The position numbers were made by a program, and so were the translations under genes. Positions 19,885 to 29,556 of a stretch of 32,000 bases of DNA are shown here, piece after piece. This DNA comes from Phycisphaera mikurensis NBRC 102666. Lineage in GTDB: Bacteria; Planctomycetota; Phycisphaerae; Phycisphaerales; Phycisphaeraceae. How positions within the stretch are numbered: position 1 is the stretch's first letter; each line of letters starts with the position of its first letter. Under the pieces are notes generated by a model. That model was not told where the DNA came from. It searched no databases and saw only the letters and a list, made by a program, of their open reading frames with translations. The stretch lies in the NCBI RefSeq assembly GCF_000284115.1, contig NC_017080.1, positions 120,001-152,000 on the forward strand, in the 5' to 3' direction.

Positions 19885-21105
19885 GTGCCGCACGCCATGA
19901 TCCACCCCCCGCACGCCTTCCTCGCTCAGGCCGCCGACGCCGGCGCAGCGTCCTGGTTCGCCTGGGCCGCCGACCAGGCGCTGGCGCTGACGATCCTGGT
20001 CATCTTCGGGGGGGCGATCCTCTCCGCGGTGCTCACGCAGTGGCGGCGCGACAAGTGCCTGAAGCTGCTGCGCGGCGATCACGCGACGGTCGTGCGGCTC
20101 GACGGCGGCGTCCTCTGGGGTGACCTGATCGTCTACCCCAAGGCCCTGGAGCTCACCTTCGACGCGCCCTTCGTCACGACGCGCGGGCTCGTCAAGAGCG
20201 GGGTGATGCTGCCTGAGGCGGACGTCGCCGGCGTGCACCTCGTCGCCCGCTCCGCCGCCGGTCTCACCCCCGCCGAGCAGCGGCACCGCGAGTCGCAGAT
20301 CCGGCGGACCTTCCGGCCCGGCCTGCTGCGTCGCTGGCTGCGGACCGGGCGGAACCTGCTCAACACGCTCCGCGACGCCTTCGGGAAGGCGCTCTCGGCG
20401 ATCCTCTCGGCGGTCACGCGCAACCCGCGGGCCGCGGCGCTGGCGGACCAGAAGGCGGGGGTGGAGGGCATCGGGCAGCAGCTCATCGGGGCCGCGGGCA
20501 ACGCCTACGACCCGCTGCTGGAGGCGCACGTCGGGCGGCCGGTCGTCGTGAAGCTTCGCTGCCCGGGTCTCTCCAAGCCCGAGGCGCCGGTGGCGGTCGA
20601 CGTGCCCGGGTACCTGGTCGACTACTCCGACGCGTGGATCGCCGTGTTCAACGTCGACCACACGCCGCTGGAGGCTCTGACGCTGGAGGCGACCGCTGGC
20701 CAGCCCGCCGACGCGGACCCGCGGGTGAGCGTGACGAAGTCGCCCGCGGGTCGCCTGGGCGTGCGCAACCCGGGCCCGGCCTTCGTGCTGGTCCGCAGCG
20801 TCGACGGCGAAGGGGATCCCGCCGGGGCCGGCGGCGACGCGGCCGACCTCGACGCCGTGGTGCCGCCGGGGGCCACGCTCTGGCTCGGCGTCGATCCCGC
20901 GGGGAGCACCCGCGTGCGGCTGGAGCTGACCGAGCGCCTGGACCTGGTCATCCCGCGCGGGCAGGTCGTCGTGCGCCACGCCGGCGACCGCGTCGAGGAT
21001 CCACGCCGCGGCCGGCCGGCGCGTGCCCGGGGGCTCGCCCCGCGCGACGCGGGGGCGGGGGGCCACGAGCCGCCGGGACAACCCACGCCCGCTACCGCCG
21101 GCTGA
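19885..21105 (+). CDS. conserved hypothetical protein with N-terminal membrane segment
   Basis: 406 aa; DQALALTILVIFGGAILSAVLTQWRRDKCLKLLRGDHATVVRLDGGVLWGDLIVYPKALEL; the next gene is convergent. Large antisense frames are also open here but show no recognisable family. Confidence 0.65.
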   Translation: MPHAMIHPPHAFLAQAADAGAASWFAWAADQALALTILVIFGGAILSAVLTQWRRDKCLKLLRGDHATVVRLDGGVLWGDLIVYPKALELTFDAPFVTTRGLVKSGVMLPEADVAGVHLVARSAAGLTPAEQRHRESQIRRTFRPGLLRRWLRTGRNLLNTLRDAFGKALSAILSAVTRNPRAAALADQKAGVEGIGQQLIGAAGNAYDPLLEAHVGRPVVVKLRCPGLSKPEAPVAVDVPGYLVDYSDAWIAVFNVDHTPLEALTLEATAGQPADADPRVSVTKSPAGRLGVRNPGPAFVLVRSVDGEGDPAGAGGDAADLDAVVPPGATLWLGVDPAGSTRVRLELTERLDLVIPRGQVVVRHAGDRVEDPRRGRPARARGLAPRDAGAGGHEPPGQPTPATAG

Positions 21106-23143
21106 GCAGCGCCGCCACCCGCCGCACCTCGGCGACGCTCCAGGCCTGCGCCGGGCAGCCGCGCGGCACCCACCGGCCGCCGGCGTCGGGCTCCGCGTCG
21201 AAGTTCTCGGGCAGCTGCCCGAGGCAGGCGGCGTCGCTGGCGCCCGCGTAGGCCCGCAGGGGCGCCACCGCGGCCGCCGCCTTCGCCCGCGCCGCCGCGG
21301 AGAACCCGCCCGCCCGCAGCACCGCCTCCGCGTACGGGCCGATGAGCCAGGGCCAGATGGTCCCGCGGTGGTACGCCCCGTCGCGCTCGTGCGGCGCGCC
21401 GGCCATGCGGGGGTGGTACGCGGGGTCCGACGGCGGCAGCGTCCGCAGGCCCACCGGCGTCACGAGCCCGCCCGCCTCGGCGGCGGCGACCACCGCCGAA
21501 CGCTGCGCCGCGGACAGCGGGCTCCGCTCGAGCGCGGCCGCGATGAGCATGTTCGGCCGCAGCGTCGCGTCGGCCTCCCCCGCCGCGGAGACGCGGTCGA
21601 CGAGCCGGCCGAGGCCGTCGCTCCAGAAGGTCGCGAGGAACGACGCCGCCGCGTGCTGTGCCGCCGCGGCGTAGCGCTCGCCGCCGGGCAGCACCGCCGC
21701 CGCGCCGGCGAGGTTGCTCACCCACAGGGCGTTCACCTCCACCGGCTTGCCGCCGCGCGGCGTGAACACCTCGCCCCCGGGGTGGGCCGGCGTGGGGCAC
21801 GCGGCGTCCATCCACGTCAGCTGCGTGTCCGCGCCGCCCGCGACGATCAGGCCGTCCCCGCCGACCTCCACCGCGATGGCCTCGCCGCGGTGCCCGTCGG
21901 CGACGGTGCCCGCCAGGTGCGCGTCGAGCACGGCGACGACGGCCCGCTCCCACCACGGCGGCAGGCAGGCGGCGCCGGCCGCGGTCGCGGCCTCGGCCCA
22001 GGCCAGCGCGGCGTGGACGAACCACATGGAGCCGTCGAGGGTGTTGTACTCCGCCGCGTCGCCGCCGGCGTCCGAGAAGCGGTTGGGCACCAGCCCGCCC
22101 CGCAGCGCCCCCGCGAAGGCCCGCAGCACGCCCGCGGCCTCGCCCAGGCGGCGGTCGACGAGCAGCAAACCCGGCAGCGCGATGAAGGCGTCCCGCCCCC
22201 AGTCCGCGAACCAGGGGTAGCCCGCGAGCACCGTCGTCAGCGTCTCGGCGCCGACCCGCCGGGCGGCCAGGAAGTCCGCCGCGGCCGGGGCGAGCGGGTC
22301 GCCGCTGACCCCGACGCCGGGGCGGGGGCGGGGCGGGGCGTCGTCGGCGGGCGTCCGGCGCAGGCGGAGCACGCGCGGACCGAGCAGGTCGGCCTCGAAG
22401 CTGCCGGGCACGAACAGGTCTTCGGCGTCCGCCTGCCCGCGCTCCGCGTCGGCCGCGAGGCGGACCCCGCGCCACCAGTCGCTGTCCCGTCGGAAGCGGC
22501 CCGTCGGCAGCGACAGCGTTGCCTCCGCCGGCCCGGCGGGCAGGTCGCCGCCGAGGCGGACGAGCCGGGCGCCGTCCTCGCAGGCGCAGTGGATCGCCGC
22601 GCCGCCCTCGCCGGTGAGCGCGTGGTGGTCGCGCCAGGCGATCAGCGGCGCGACGCGCAGGTGCCAGCCCGAGGGTTCGGTGCCGGTGAGCTCGAACGCG
22701 ACGTCGGCCCCCTCGGCGCCGCGGTCGAGGGTGAGCGTCCGCCTCAGGCGGGCGCCGCCGGCGAGGGCGAAGGTCCAGCGCACGGCGGCCGGCGCCCGCT
22801 CGAAACGGACCAGCCGCTCCCAGCCCGCGGGCGCGAGCACGCGTTCCCCCGCGTGGTCCGCGAAGGCCAGCGTCGACAGCTCGAAGACCTCACCCGCCGG
22901 GCTCGTCACCGCGTCGAGCGTGTCCGCGAGCAGCAGGGCCCGGGCCAGCGGCGGGTCCAGCGCGAGCACCCGCAGGCCGTGGTAGCGGCGCGTGCGGCAG
23001 CCCGAGGCGGTGCCCATGGCGTAACCGCCCCGGCCGTCGGTCAGCAGCCACTCGGGGCCGGGGAAGGCGATCGCCCCCGCGCCGGCGGCGAAAAGCGGCT
23101 CGCCGCCGCGTTCGAGCGTGTGGGTCCACCCGGGCTCAACCAC
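21092..23143 (-). CDS. amylo-alpha-1,6-glucosidase / glycogen debranching enzyme-like protein
   Basis: 683 aa from GTG 23143; PEWLLTDGRGGYAMGTASGCRTRRYHGLRVLAL, WFADWGRDAFIALPGLLLV, YNTLDGSMWFVHA, YHRGTIWPWLIGPYAEAVLR; typical GDE landmarks. Confidence 0.92.
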   Translation of the reverse strand: MVEPGWTHTLERGGEPLFAAGAGAIAFPGPEWLLTDGRGGYAMGTASGCRTRRYHGLRVLALDPPLARALLLADTLDAVTSPAGEVFELSTLAFADHAGERVLAPAGWERLVRFERAPAAVRWTFALAGGARLRRTLTLDRGAEGADVAFELTGTEPSGWHLRVAPLIAWRDHHALTGEGGAAIHCACEDGARLVRLGGDLPAGPAEATLSLPTGRFRRDSDWWRGVRLAADAERGQADAEDLFVPGSFEADLLGPRVLRLRRTPADDAPPRPRPGVGVSGDPLAPAAADFLAARRVGAETLTTVLAGYPWFADWGRDAFIALPGLLLVDRRLGEAAGVLRAFAGALRGGLVPNRFSDAGGDAAEYNTLDGSMWFVHAALAWAEAATAAGAACLPPWWERAVVAVLDAHLAGTVADGHRGEAIAVEVGGDGLIVAGGADTQLTWMDAACPTPAHPGGEVFTPRGGKPVEVNALWVSNLAGAAAVLPGGERYAAAAQHAAASFLATFWSDGLGRLVDRVSAAGEADATLRPNMLIAAALERSPLSAAQRSAVVAAAEAGGLVTPVGLRTLPPSDPAYHPRMAGAPHERDGAYHRGTIWPWLIGPYAEAVLRAGGFSAAARAKAAAAVAPLRAYAGASDAACLGQLPENFDAEPDAGGRWVPRGCPAQAWSVAEVRRVAALLSRR

Positions 23144-23936
23144 CCTCGGGTCCCGCCGGGTCGGCTTGGGATCCCATCGGCAGGCCCGCCCGCTGCCGCG
23201 CCGCCTCGAAGGCCACCACCGACGCGGCCGCCACGGTGCCCAGCGCAGCCGGGAAGGGCCGGGCGTACGGCACGGCCACGACCGCGTCGACGGTCTGCAG
23301 GAACGACCTCCGCAGCCCCCGCCGCTCGCCGCCGATCACCAGCAGCAGCGGCCCGGTGAGGTCCGCTTCGTGCGGCGCCACCGCGTCCGCCACGCCCGCC
23401 GCCGCCGCCACCCGCAGGCCCGCGGCCCGCGCAGCGTCGCGGGCCTCGTCCGGGCCGGCCGCCACCGAGATCCCGATCCGCTCGGTCGCGCCGGCCGAGG
23501 CCCGGGCCACCACCGCCGCCGCCGAGGTCCAGTTGCGGGGTCGCACCACCACGCCCGCCGCCCCCGCCGCGTACAGGCTGCGCACCGACTGCCCGAAGTT
23601 GAAGGGGTCCTCCACGCCGTCGAGCATCGCCAGGAAGCCCGCGCCCGGCGCCGCCGCCGCGGCGAGTGCCTCATCGAGCGGCGTCCAGAGCCGGTCGCCG
23701 ACCTCCGCGATCACGCCGCCGTGCGTGCCGCCTTGGGCGTGCGCGTCGAGCGCCGCCCGCGACGCCGGCGTCCACCGCACGCCCTGCGCCCGCGCGAGCT
23801 TTCTGATCCGCCGCGCCGGCCCATCGTCCCGCTCGCGGTCGAGCCAGACGCGGTGGACCTCGCGGCGCCCGCCCGCCAGCGCCGCCTCGGCGGAGATTGC
23901 CCCTTCGAGCAGCGTGTTCCGGGGATCGACTTCCAC
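23136..23936 (-). CDS. SpoU/TrmH family RNA methyltransferase
   Basis: 266 aa; N-terminal LLEGAISAEAALAGG-like substrate-binding domain, FLAMLDGVEDPFNFGQSVRSLYAAGAAGVVVRPRN (motif 1), LVIGGERRGLRRS and VAVPYARPFPAALGTVAAASVVAFEAAR (motifs 2/3). Confidence 0.87.
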   Translation of the reverse strand: MEVDPRNTLLEGAISAEAALAGGRREVHRVWLDRERDDGPARRIRKLARAQGVRWTPASRAALDAHAQGGTHGGVIAEVGDRLWTPLDEALAAAAAPGAGFLAMLDGVEDPFNFGQSVRSLYAAGAAGVVVRPRNWTSAAAVVARASAGATERIGISVAAGPDEARDAARAAGLRVAAAAGVADAVAPHEADLTGPLLLVIGGERRGLRRSFLQTVDAVVAVPYARPFPAALGTVAAASVVAFEAARQRAGLPMGSQADPAGPEGG

Positions 23937-24079
23937 GGGCGGACGGTACAGACGCGGATCCGGTCCTCATGCCCCGGACGCCGGCATCCGGCCGCGGCCG
24001 CGGCGCGGCGTGGAGGGCCCACGCGGGCCGCGCCGCGTACAACCTCCCGCCCGGCGCGTCGTCCGGGCGCGCGACCGCC

Positions 24080-26068
24080 GTGACCCTGCTCTCCCCCTTC
24101 GCCGCGCTGCTGGCCGCCGCACTCGCGGTGCCGGCGCTGCTCGCGCTGTACTTCCTCAAGCTGCGCCGGCGGCCGCTGCTCGTCCCCTCGACGCTGCTGT
24201 GGCGCAAGGCGGTGGAGGACCTGGAGGTCAACGCACCGTTCCAGAAGCTGCGGAACAGCCTGCTGCTGTGGCTGCAGCTGCTGCTGCTGGCGCTGCTGAT
24301 CTTCGCGATGGCGCAGCCGGCGAGCGACGCGCCGGCGCCCACGGGCGCCCGCGTGGTGATCCTCATCGACCGCTCGGCGTCGATGGCGGTGGAGGAGGGC
24401 GGCCGGACGCGGCTGGACGCGGCGAAGGCGGCGGCGATCGGCGTGATCGACGCGATGGAGGCGGGCGCGTCGGCGATGATCATCGCCTTCGCCGACGAAC
24501 CGGAGGTCGTGCAGCCCTTCGCCGCGGACCGCGGGCGGTTGCGGTCCGCGGTGGCCTCGGTCCGCGGCAGCGACCGGCCGGGGCGGCCGGGGCGGGCCCT
24601 CGCCCTGGTGGGAGCGCAGGCGGGCGGCGTCGAGGGAGCCGACGCCGCGAGCGTGTACGTGATCGGCGACAGCCCGGCGGGGGGTGCCGACGCGGCCGCC
24701 ACGCCGCCGCCGGCGGGCGCGTCGCTGCGCTTCCTCGCCATCGGGGCCGACACGCCGAACCTCGGCTTCACCGCGATCGGGGCCCGCCGCGGGCTCCGGG
24801 AGCCGGGGCGGGTCGAGCTGTTCGCCCGCCTCGAGAACGCGAGCCCGGGCCCGGTGGAGGCGGGCGTGACGCTCGACGCCGGGGGGGAGCGGGTGACGAC
24901 GCGGCGCGTGTCGGTGCCGGGCCGCGGCGGCGACGGGGCCCCCGGCCGGCGCGACCTCAGCCTCGGCTTCACGGCCTCGCCCTCGGAGGCCGTCGCGGTG
25001 ACCGTCGCCCACGACCGGGCCGACGCGCTGCACGCCGACGACGCGGCCCGGCTGGTGCTGCCCGCCGCCGCGGATCGGCCGGTGGTGCTGGTGACCCCCG
25101 CCCCGGGATCGGGCCGGCCGGCCAATCCGTTCCTGGAGCGGGCGGTCCGCGCCGCCAGCCGCGGGCCGGTCTCGCTGCTGAGCCCCGAGGCCTGGGAGGC
25201 CTCGGCCCCGGCGCCGCCGGCCGACGCTCTGCTCGTCTTCGACCGCCACGCGCCCTCGCGGATCCCGCCGGCCGACGCGCTGTTCTTCGCGGCCGTCCCG
25301 CCGTTGCCGGGCCTGGGCTTGCGGCCGTCGTCCCCCGACGCCCCCGCCGTGCAGACCTTCCTGACCGTCGACGCCGCCGACCCGGCGATGCGCAGCGTCG
25401 ACCCCGGCGGCGTCCCGCTCGTGCGGCCCGGCCGGCTCGTGCTGCCGCCGGGCGGCGAGGTGCTCGCGTCCGGGCTGGAGGGCCCGCTGATCGCGCGGGT
25501 GCGCGATGCCGACGCCGGCCGACGGTTCCTGGTCGTCGCGCCCGACCCGCTGCAGGGCCGCTGGCCGCTGTCGGTCGGCTTCGCCGTGTTCCTCGTGAAT
25601 GCGCTCGACGAACTCGGCGGCGGCGGCGGCGTGCCCGGCGAGGGGCTGGCCCGGCGTACCGGCGAGTCGGCGGAGGTGCGGCTGGCCCCCGGAGCCACGG
25701 CCGAGGAGGTCCGCTACGCGGGTCCCGCCGCCCTCGCCGCCCCCGTGCGCGGGGGCACCGCGGTGCTGCCGGCCTTCGAGCGGGCCGGCTGGTACCGGGC
25801 CGAGGACGCCGGGGCCGTTGCCCCCGACGACCGCCGCCTGGGCGTCAGCCTCGCGGCCGCGACCGAGACGGACCTGCGTCCGCCGGCCGCCCTGGACGCC
25901 GGCCCGGGCACCGCCGCCCGCGCCACGCCCGGCGGCGCCGCCACGGTCCGCCGCTCGTGGATCCCTTGGATCCTGGCGGCCGCGCTGGGCGTGCTGCTGC
26001 TGGAGTGGTTCGTCTACACCGGCCGCTTCGCGCCCGCCCCGGCGACGCCGCCGCCGCCGCGAGTCTGA
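24080..26068 (+). CDS. BatA-like membrane protein with von Willebrand factor A domain
   Basis: GTG at 24080 gives VTLLSPFAALLAAALAVPALLALYFLKLRRRPLLVPSTLLW (BatA N-terminal signature), VVILIDRSASMAVEEGGRTRLDAAKAAA (MIDAS DxSxS), C-terminal TM SWIPWILAAALGVLLLEWFVYT. Confidence 0.85.
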   Translation: MTLLSPFAALLAAALAVPALLALYFLKLRRRPLLVPSTLLWRKAVEDLEVNAPFQKLRNSLLLWLQLLLLALLIFAMAQPASDAPAPTGARVVILIDRSASMAVEEGGRTRLDAAKAAAIGVIDAMEAGASAMIIAFADEPEVVQPFAADRGRLRSAVASVRGSDRPGRPGRALALVGAQAGGVEGADAASVYVIGDSPAGGADAAATPPPAGASLRFLAIGADTPNLGFTAIGARRGLREPGRVELFARLENASPGPVEAGVTLDAGGERVTTRRVSVPGRGGDGAPGRRDLSLGFTASPSEAVAVTVAHDRADALHADDAARLVLPAAADRPVVLVTPAPGSGRPANPFLERAVRAASRGPVSLLSPEAWEASAPAPPADALLVFDRHAPSRIPPADALFFAAVPPLPGLGLRPSSPDAPAVQTFLTVDAADPAMRSVDPGGVPLVRPGRLVLPPGGEVLASGLEGPLIARVRDADAGRRFLVVAPDPLQGRWPLSVGFAVFLVNALDELGGGGGVPGEGLARRTGESAEVRLAPGATAEEVRYAGPAALAAPVRGGTAVLPAFERAGWYRAEDAGAVAPDDRRLGVSLAAATETDLRPPAALDAGPGTAARATPGGAATVRRSWIPWILAAALGVLLLEWFVYTGRFAPAPATPPPPRV

Positions 26069-26166
26069 GCCCCGAGCCGCCGCGCCGCGCGGGCGTTCCC
26101 GGTGCCTGCGGTGCCGCGTCGGGCGCGTCCGCGGCCGCCGCCCGGCGCCCGGTACGCTCGCCCGCG

Positions 26167-27264
26167 ATGGCGAAGCAGCGTGACGACGAGCCGATGACCT
26201 ACGCCGCCTCGGGCGTGGACATCGACGCGGGGGACCGGGCGGCCGAGCGGATCCGCCACCACCTCAAGCGGACCTACGGCCCGCGGGTCATGGGCCAGGA
26301 GGGCGCCTTCGCGGGGATGCTCCGGCTGGATTACAACGAGAAGCTCTTCAGCCGCAACTACAAGGACCCTGTCCTGGTCGCCTGCACCGACGGCGTGGGC
26401 ACGAAGGTGAAGCTGGCGATCCGGCTGGGCAAGCACGACACCATCGGACGCGACTGCGTGGCGATGAACGTCAACGACCTCATCGTGCAGGGGGCCGAGC
26501 CGCTGCTCTTCCTCGACTACGTGGGGCTCCACGAGGTGACGCCGGCCTTCCTCGAGCGGGTCGTCCGGGGCGTGGCCGACGGCTGTGCCGAAGCCGGGTG
26601 CGCGCTGCTCGGCGGCGAGACCGCCGAGATGCCCGACGTCTACGCCGAGGACGATTACGACCTCGCGGGCTTCGCCGTGGGCGTCGTGGAGCTCTCGCGG
26701 GCGATCAAGGGCACCGACCGCGTCGCCCCCGGCGACGTCGTGCTGGGGCTGGCGAGCAGCGGGATCCACGCCAACGGGTTCTCGCTGGTCCGGGCGATCG
26801 TCGACCGCGCAGGCCTCGACCTCCGGCGGGTCTACGACGGCTACGCCGGCGACCCGGTCGCCGGCGGTCGCCCGTTGGGCGAGGCCCTGCTGGAGCCGAC
26901 CCGCATCTACGCCAAGCCCATCGTCTCGCTGCTGCGTAGCTACAGCCGCAAGCGGCCGGTCGTCGGCATGGCGCACATCACCGGCGGCGGGCTGCCGGGG
27001 AACCTCAACCGCGCCCTGCCCGAGGACTGCGACGCCGCGCTCGACCGCTCGTCCTGGCGGGTGCCCGATCTCTTCGGCTTCCTCCAGGAGCACGGCCGGG
27101 TGGAGACCGAGGAGATGTTCCGCGTGTTCAACATGGGCGTCGGCTACACGCTCATCGTCCGTCCGCACTTCGCCGAGGGCGTGGCCGATCGGCTGCGCAG
27201 AAGCGGCGAGACGGTCTACGAACTCGGCGAGATCGTGCGGGGCAAGGGCGAGGTCCGGCTGTAG
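26167..27264 (+). CDS. purM: phosphoribosylformylglycinamidine cyclo-ligase
   Basis: 365 aa from ATG 26167; TYAASGVDIDAGDRA, LVACTDGVGTKVKLA, VAMNVNDLIVQGAEPLLFLDY, ALLGGETAEMPDVY, GMAHITGGGLPGNLNRALP. Confidence 0.97.
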   Translation: MAKQRDDEPMTYAASGVDIDAGDRAAERIRHHLKRTYGPRVMGQEGAFAGMLRLDYNEKLFSRNYKDPVLVACTDGVGTKVKLAIRLGKHDTIGRDCVAMNVNDLIVQGAEPLLFLDYVGLHEVTPAFLERVVRGVADGCAEAGCALLGGETAEMPDVYAEDDYDLAGFAVGVVELSRAIKGTDRVAPGDVVLGLASSGIHANGFSLVRAIVDRAGLDLRRVYDGYAGDPVAGGRPLGEALLEPTRIYAKPIVSLLRSYSRKRPVVGMAHITGGGLPGNLNRALPEDCDAALDRSSWRVPDLFGFLQEHGRVETEEMFRVFNMGVGYTLIVRPHFAEGVADRLRRSGETVYELGEIVRGKGEVRL

Positions 27265-27299
27265 CGCCGCGGCGCGGGGGCCGCCCGTACGTTGCGCAG

Positions 27300-28223
27300 A
27301 TGAGCGAAGCCCGCCGCCTGTTCGCTGAAGCCGTGGCCTGGGGCGGCCTGGACGCCGACGCCCTCGAGCGGCTGCTCCGCGACGACCTCGCCGTGGACCT
27401 CGAGCCCGCCGGCGTCGACGTGACGGCCGCCTGCTTCCCCGGGATCGCCGGCCCGGCGGAGGTCGCGCTGGTGGCGCGCGAGCCCGGCCGCCTCGCCGGG
27501 CTCGACCTCGTCGCGCCGCTGCTGGAGGCGCCCGAGGCCGCGGGCGTGGCTTGCGCCTTCCACCGCCGCGACGGCGACGCGGTGGCGGCCGGCGAAACGC
27601 TCGCCGTCTTCACCGGCCCGCGGCCGGCGGTGCTCACGATCGAGCGGACGCTGCTGAACCTCGTGGGCCACCTCGCCGGCGTGGCGACCGCGGCGGCCAC
27701 GCTCGTGGACGCGGTGCGGGCGGCGGGCTCGGACGCGGCCGTGCTGGACACCCGCAAGACGCTGCCGGGCCTGCGGAAGCTGCAGAAGTACGCCCACCGC
27801 CGCGGCGGCGGCACCGCCCACCGCACCGGCCTCGGCGACGCCGTGCTCGTCAAGGACAACCACCTCGCGGGCGTGCCGCTGGGCGAGCTGGCCGCGACAC
27901 TCGCGGCGGCGGCGTCCGCGGCGCGTTCCCGCTTCCCGGGTTTGCGCTTCGTGGAGGTCGAGGTCGACACGCTCGACCAGCTCCGCGAGGTCCTCAAGGC
28001 GCCCGTCGACTTCGTGCTGCTCGACAACTTCGACGCCGGCTGGCTGGCGGAGGCGGTGGCGATGCGGGACGCGGCGGCGCCGGGCGTCAGGCTCGAGGCC
28101 AGCGGCGGCGTCACTCTGGAGACCGTCGGCTCGCTGGCGGTGCCCGGCATCGACCGGGTCTCGGTGGGGGCCATCACGCACTCCGCCCGCAGCCTCGACC
28201 TCGGCTTCGACGACGCCGGCTGA
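27300..28223 (+). CDS. nadC: nicotinate-nucleotide diphosphorylase (carboxylating)
   Basis: 307 aa; ERTLLNLVGHLAGVATAAATLVDAV, LDTRKTLPGLRKLQKYA, GGGTAHRTGLGDAVLVKDNHL, LEASGGVTLETV, ISVGAITHS equivalent DRVSVGAITHSARSLDLGFDD. Confidence 0.96.
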   Translation: MSEARRLFAEAVAWGGLDADALERLLRDDLAVDLEPAGVDVTAACFPGIAGPAEVALVAREPGRLAGLDLVAPLLEAPEAAGVACAFHRRDGDAVAAGETLAVFTGPRPAVLTIERTLLNLVGHLAGVATAAATLVDAVRAAGSDAAVLDTRKTLPGLRKLQKYAHRRGGGTAHRTGLGDAVLVKDNHLAGVPLGELAATLAAAASAARSRFPGLRFVEVEVDTLDQLREVLKAPVDFVLLDNFDAGWLAEAVAMRDAAAPGVRLEASGGVTLETVGSLAVPGIDRVSVGAITHSARSLDLGFDDAG

Positions 28224-28238
28224 TCGGCGCCGGCCGCC

Positions 28239-29444
28239 TCAGCGGACGTCGGCGGCGCCGGCTTGGGTGGTCGCGAAGCGCTTCTTGAGCTTGAGAAACG
28301 GCATCTCGAAGAAGCGGAAGGACAGCTCCGACACGCCCCAGGTCGCCGCCGCCGCCGCGATCGTCAGGAGCACCGTCCCGGGCAGCCCGTCGGTGCGGCC
28401 GGGCAGGCCCAGCCCCGCGAACGCGGCCTCGACGGCCACGAGCACCGGCTTGTGGAACAGGTAGATGCCGTAGCTGACCACCCCGATCCGCGCGAGCGGC
28501 TTCCAGCGGAGGCTCCTTCCCAGCGGCCCGTCGTCGCGGAGCAGCAGCGCCGCCAGGGCGAGCACCATGCCCAGCTGGAGCAGCGGGCGGGTGAGGCCGC
28601 GGATGTCGCCGGGCACGAGGAAGATCCCCAGGCACACCGCGACGAACCAGAAGGCGGGCGCCCCGGGGAAGCCGGCGACGCGGCGCACGGCCGCGAAGCC
28701 GCGCGGCGCGTGCAGCAGGTGTGCAAGCACCACGCCCAGCGCGATCGGGAGCAGCGTGGTGCCCAGCACCGATGGGAGGTTGACGACGCCCGCCTCGTCG
28801 TACCCGTAGACCGCCCCGATCCACGGATCCAGGAGGCCGAAGCTCACCGCCAGCGACGCGGCGATCACCGCCGCGAGCAGGACGTAGACGCCGGCCTTCC
28901 TCAGGAACTTCTCCGCCGGCGCCCAGAGCATGTAGAACTGCTCCTCGGTCGCCAGCGACCAGGTCACGTGCAGCAGGCCGGCGGGGATGACGACGAAGTT
29001 GGAGACGTAGAACGCCGCCGCGGGCAGGCTCGCGAGGATGTCGCCGGTGGTCGGATCGTCGGGCTTGAGCAGCGCGTACGCGCCCGCGATGCCGAAGAGG
29101 AAGGCGTAGTAGACCGGGAAGATCCGCAGCGAACGCCGCGCGTAGAAGCCCCGGAGGCTGATGCCGCCGTGCCGGTCCCGCTCGCGCAGCAGCAGGGTGA
29201 CGATCAGGAAGCCCGAGATCGCGAAGAAGACGTCCACGCCCAGGAAGCCGCGCGAGAGCCCGACGGACGGGAGCGTGCCGCCGCCGGCGTGGTGCCAGAC
29301 CACCGCGAGGATCGAGATCGCGCGGAGCCCATCGAGGCACGAGAAGAAGCGCGTGGCCCGCCACGCCTCGTAGCCCAGGGCGCCCGAGCGCGCGGCGGCC
29401 CCGGCGGGTGCGGTCTCGGCGACGGCGGGGTTCGCGGCGGTCAT
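28239..29444 (-). CDS. acyltransferase family 3 (OafA/YrhL-like) membrane protein
   Basis: 401 aa; LDGLRAISILAVVWHHAGG, GFLGVDVFFAISGFLIVTLLLRERDRHGGISLRGFYARRSLRIFPVYY; multiple TM segments. Confidence 0.93.
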   Translation of the reverse strand: MTAANPAVAETAPAGAAARSGALGYEAWRATRFFSCLDGLRAISILAVVWHHAGGGTLPSVGLSRGFLGVDVFFAISGFLIVTLLLRERDRHGGISLRGFYARRSLRIFPVYYAFLFGIAGAYALLKPDDPTTGDILASLPAAAFYVSNFVVIPAGLLHVTWSLATEEQFYMLWAPAEKFLRKAGVYVLLAAVIAASLAVSFGLLDPWIGAVYGYDEAGVVNLPSVLGTTLLPIALGVVLAHLLHAPRGFAAVRRVAGFPGAPAFWFVAVCLGIFLVPGDIRGLTRPLLQLGMVLALAALLLRDDGPLGRSLRWKPLARIGVVSYGIYLFHKPVLVAVEAAFAGLGLPGRTDGLPGTVLLTIAAAAATWGVSELSFRFFEMPFLKLKKRFATTQAGAADVR

Positions 29445-29556
29445 GCGGGGGCTCGGGAGGGACGGGTCGCTCGCCCGGGTCGGGTGCCACCGCCGCGCGG
29501 CGGTCCTCCCTCGGCTTCCGCCTCCATCGGCCAGCGCCGGCCCGGAGGCCAGCGGA

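Noticed and set aside
21023-23359. 778-aa plus-strand ORF
   Set aside because: It lies opposite the debranching enzyme, which has clear conserved motifs. The translation is low-complexity (RRGRGGG-type) with no family resemblance.
23236-27264. 1342-aa fused plus-strand ORF
   Set aside because: Only the terminal 365 aa (purM, from ATG 26167) is genuine. The upstream part reads antisense to the methyltransferase gene and out of frame through the VWA gene.
27300-28223. NAD-related or nucleotide-based defence context around nadC/purM/Nudix
   Set aside because: Each gene matches a housekeeping family. They are separated by unrelated genes and there is no accompanying effector, sensor or toxin signature.
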